A stretch of 64,000 nucleotides of DNA from Octopus vulgaris. Its lineage: Eukaryota. The translations under genes were made by a program, and so were the position numbers. The notes beneath the pieces were generated by a model, which was not told the origin of the DNA, did not search any database, and worked only from the letters and a program-made list of their open reading frames with translations. Shown here in pieces: positions 60,667 through 64,000 of this stretch (its first letter is position 1; every line of letters starts with the position of its first letter). Location: positions 5,394,001-5,458,000 of the forward strand of contig OX597829.1 of assembly GCA_951406725.2 (NCBI GenBank). The letters run 5' to 3'.

Positions 60667-60870
60667 CTGAGAAGGACATCATGCTCGGAATGGGCAGTGG
60701 CAAGAGAGGAAGAGGCCGACCAAGAACCCGCTGACTTGACACCATCAAGAGTGATACCGAAATGGACATAGCCAATCTGAAAGAAGCGGCCCAGGATAGA
60801 ACTGACTGGAGGACACTGATCCAACGAGTGACCGAGAGTCGACTTCGACTGAGCGGATAGATAGATAGAT
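60667..60870 (+). mobile_element. RTE/BovB-like LINE 3' end with (GATA)n tail
   Basis: EKDIMLGM.SGK.RRGRPRTR*LDTIK...AAQDRTDWRTLIQRVTESRLRL. Confidence 0.88.
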
Positions 60871-61319
60871 TGCTCTGAACTTACCTCCAAGTTTATTGAG
60901 CCATCTTTAAGATTTTGCATGAAAATAGTCCCCTGAGTATATGTGCATATATACATATATGCATACAGGCATTGATACACGCTAATATGCATATATCCAC
61001 ACACACACCACAAAAGCCACAGACCAGCGATTTGAATTTGCTTCAAGGGCGACTCGAATATACTAAGGGTGAACTGAAATAACGACAAAATATCTATATC
61101 TATCGATGTTCACTTACGATTCGTTTCGCCTGATTTTGAGGCATACGGTGCTTCGTAACAATTTACGTCTTAAAACGATTTTGCTTCGACGAAATATTGT
61201 CGCCTAAATGTGTTCAAACAAAACACATACATTAAATATGAGGTATCAATAAAGTTTACATTAGTGGAAGTGGCTCTAACTCATATGTATATATATATAA
61301 ATATATGTGTGTATTCAAA

Positions 61320-61472
61320 CAGGAGTGGCTGTGTGGTAAGAAGCTTGCTTCCAAGTCATATGGTTTCCGACTTCAGTAGCACTGCGAGGCACCTTGGGCA
61401 AGTGTCTTCCATCATAGCCAACCAAAGCGTTGTGAGTGGATTTGGTAGACAGAAACTGAAACAAGCCCGTCG
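61320..61472 (+). mobile_element. 5' half of CORE-type SINE
   Basis: aggagtggctgtgtggtaag...gcaccttgggcaagtgtcttc...gcccgtcg. Confidence 0.85.
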
Positions 61473-61499
<27 letters not shown>

Positions 61500-61504
<5 letters not shown>

Positions 61505-61912
61505 TAAATCTCCGAACGAGATGTAAACAGTAACCGCTCGACAACGTAAAGTGTACTAGCCATCTGAATGTGGCTAGCCACTGGGGGTGGGTGTTACTGA
61601 AGCTTATCTTATAGCCCCAGGAGATCATCGTCTCCAGCTGGCTTTAGACACACTTTCTGTGCCCTTCTGATAGGCAAATACCTCGAAACTATAGTCCGTA
61701 TGTATCACTTAGGTTTTCGAGAGGGTATGACCTCCCTTTGCGAATATCAGAAGGGCACAGAAAGTGTGTCTAAAGCCAGCTGGAGACGATGATCTCCTGG
61801 GGCTATAAGCTTCAGTAACACCCACCCCCAGTGGCTAGCCACATTCAGATGGCTAGTACACTTTACGTTGTCGAGCGGTTACTGTTTACATCTCGTTCGG
61901 AGATTTATTAAT
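61500..61912. repeat. Near-perfect inverted repeat (arms 61500-61672 and 61745-61912; 72-nt spacer containing the 3' half of a hammerhead)
   Basis: Arms identical by eye except a 5-bp CTTAT duplication; spacer has cctc-GAAAC-TATA-GTC-cgtatg. Confidence 0.95.
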
Positions 61913-62335
61913 GCTTTCAGACAGTTTTTCGACGAAGAAATACGTGGGCCTTACAGAGGATAATTTCAAGGTCAAGTTCAATAATCACAGCTTGAGCTTC
62001 TGGTAGTCGGAGCTTCAGGTACTGTTACCATCTTAGTGACTAAAAGACCGAACGTTGCCTACATGTTACACTAGCATCCAGTTCAATAATAGGCTAATTG
62101 GATCTCAATAAAAATTCATAATGTACCCCTTATCCCATGGGCGTTTGGTGAATTATATGATGAAATTAGAAAGTTTCAAAAAGTGTGACGTAGTAACAGA
62201 GGGAAAGGTAGCAACAGAAAGAGGATGATTTATATCAGTGAAGGCGAGAACGACGGTGGAAATGGGATGGTAACATTAATAAAACTGTCATATACAGGTG
62301 ATGTTACAGGTATACTTTCGTAAATACATAGATAC

Positions 62336-62374
<39 letters not shown>

Positions 62375-62473
62375 AGGGGGTGTGAGAAATACGTAGCTTT
62401 AAGGAGAGAGGGGATAAATAGCTTTTCTGCTGTCCAACGCCAAGAACCATTCACATACAGACACACACACACA

Positions 62474-62513
<40 letters not shown>

Positions 62514-62931
62514 TATATGTGTGTGTGTGTATGCATACTTACATACGTACATACATACATATGTCTGCTACACATCATTTTAAACTCCTGATTTCCTGTG
62601 TGTCCGTTTGTAAGATGTGTGTGTGTGATTCCCATTGAATCATTTAAATTATACTAAACGTGCAACGGAGGAATTCCTTACGAATATCCTGCAACGAAAC
62701 TGCAGTATAGCGGATGATGCCTGGTAGCCGTAAGTGGTGAAAGTACACTTAAGACACGCTGCTAGTTCCATGCCCAAAGCAAGTTTGGATTTACATTTTA
62801 AAGTCTCCTATCTAAACTTTAATTTTAAATAGAGCATGTACATATAACGAAGCGATAGCGCGAAGCAGTGTTTAGGTATGAGCAGAATTTAGGCTAGTTG
62901 AAATATACAGTTCTATATTTAAGCGATGACG

Positions 62932-63214
62932 AATTATGTACATTATTTACATTATTTACATTTGACGGATATTTGTCCTCATCTTGTTTGTTGTTAACAC
63001 AACGTTTCGGTTGATATACCCTCCAGCCTTCATCAGGTGTCTTGGGGATATTTCGCATTTGGGTTCTCATTCCTAACGTATTTTTCGATTGCTGTTATTA
63101 TTATTATTGTTGTTGTTGTTGTTGTTGTTATTCAGGTCATTACCTGGAATCGAACTCGGAATCTTGGGGCTAGTAGCCCGCGCTCTTAATCACTACGCCA
63201 TACGCCCGTGGGCA
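62932..63214 (-). mobile_element. tRNA-headed SINE-like element carrying a hammerhead ribozyme
   Basis: Minus strand: A box TGGCGTAGTGA (63190-63200), anticodon-like arm ggg-ctactag-ccc, B box GAGTTCGATTCC (63146-63157), (AAC)/(AAT) linker, HHR, (AATGTAAAT)n tail. Confidence 0.8.
62996..63041 (-). ncRNA. Minimal type I hammerhead, canonical core
   Basis: GACAC-CUGAUGA-A-GGCUG-gaggguauau-CAACC-GAAAC-GUU-GUGUU (one stem II mismatch). Confidence 0.8.
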
Positions 63215-63220
63215 ATTAAG

Positions 63221-63340
63221 GAAATTTTCCCCAAGACACCTGATGAAGGCTTGAGGGTATATCTGCCGAAACGTTGTGTTAACAACAAACAAGATGAGGA
63301 CAAATATTCATCAAATGTAAATAATGTAAATAATGTAAAT
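63221..63340 (+). mobile_element. Inverted copy of the 3' end of the HHR-SINE
   Basis: Reverse complement of ~62935-63054 with a handful of substitutions. Confidence 0.9.
63235..63280 (+). ncRNA. Minimal type I hammerhead, canonical core
   Basis: GACAC-CUGAUGA-A-GGC...GCC-GAAAC-GUU-GUGUU. Confidence 0.8.
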
Positions 63341-63742
63341 ATGTTTCTGACATATTTCAATTGCTAAAAGACATTACATTGCAGTTACCGTGGAAGATAT
63401 CTCCTATGATAAAACGCTGTGAAAAATCGTTTTTACGTTCAGTATCTGCCTCTATTAGGAATCTCAGACATAGATGTTTCGAGACTATTCCCGCTCTCAT
63501 CAATGAAATGTACCTAAGAGAGGTAACTCTGAACGAACTAAGAGACCTATTGGTTTACGTATAATCCAGTCAATACATTGACTGATTTATGTTAGTAGAT
63601 CGCCCGTGATAAATAACGAAACGTTAACACCAAGTTGTGTTTATTTATCATAAGAGAGATATATTCTCCACGGTGACTGAGGGCATTTACCATTTAGCAG
63701 TTGAAATATGTTTGTGACGTATTTCAACTAGCCTAAACTCTG

Positions 63743-63819
<77 letters not shown>

Positions 63820-63822
<3 letters not shown>

Positions 63823-64000
63823 ACGAAAAGACAAAAGACGAAGACAGGTGGTGTACAAAACAAACAGATGTATTAGTATAACGCTCAGGAATTGAAAAAA
63901 GTCTTTTACGTTTCGAGCCTACGCTCTTCTACAGAAAGGGACACCGAAAAAAGCAAGGAGAGAAACAAGGAGAGAAAAAAATGTGTGTAGTGGCTACCGA
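63820..64000 (-). mobile_element. HHR-bearing short repeat related to 32621-32832, cut by the window edge
   Basis: Shares pyrimidine-rich leader, GAGC/GCTC stem II and downstream ttcctgagcgt. Confidence 0.7.
63903..63938 (-). ncRNA. Minimal hammerhead motif, A6U core variant
   Basis: CUUU-CUGUAGA-A-GAGC-guag-GCUC-GAAAC-GUA-AAAG. Confidence 0.7.

Larger units (their letters stand above)
62879..63748. mobile_element. TIR-bounded non-autonomous element with TA flanks, hosting the HHR-SINE insertion
   Basis: TA-tgagcagaatttaggctagttgaaata ... tatttcaactagcctaaactctgctctca-TA. Confidence 0.7.

Noticed and set aside
63131-63207. Functional tRNA gene (also considered at 48851-48925)
   Set aside because: No proper acceptor stem or T-run terminator; embedded in SINE bodies.

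Overview
Repeat-saturated, AT-rich eukaryotic DNA, probably intergenic or deep intronic. The SINE, LINE and microsatellite content resembles an octopus/coleoid cephalopod genome (inference from remembered repeat families; no search run). I found no host protein-coding gene I can support, and most ORF-track entries are microsatellite artefacts. The window holds decayed transposons: Tx1/L1, RTE, CR1, R4/Dong, Penelope-like (PLE), Gypsy, mariner/Tc1, hAT, a Merlin-type MITE and at least four SINE families. The main signal is about 10 type I hammerhead ribozyme (HHR) motifs from at least 6 sequence families. Each complete motif has a self-complementary stem III, and several have variant catalytic cores, including a compensatory G3:C8 swap. 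Several sit in long inverted repeats with PLE-like geometry. One family joins a tRNA-like Pol III head to an HHR-bearing tail, making it a candidate hammerhead SINE mobilised by Penelope-like elements. All folds and alignments were done by eye; ribozyme activity is untested.
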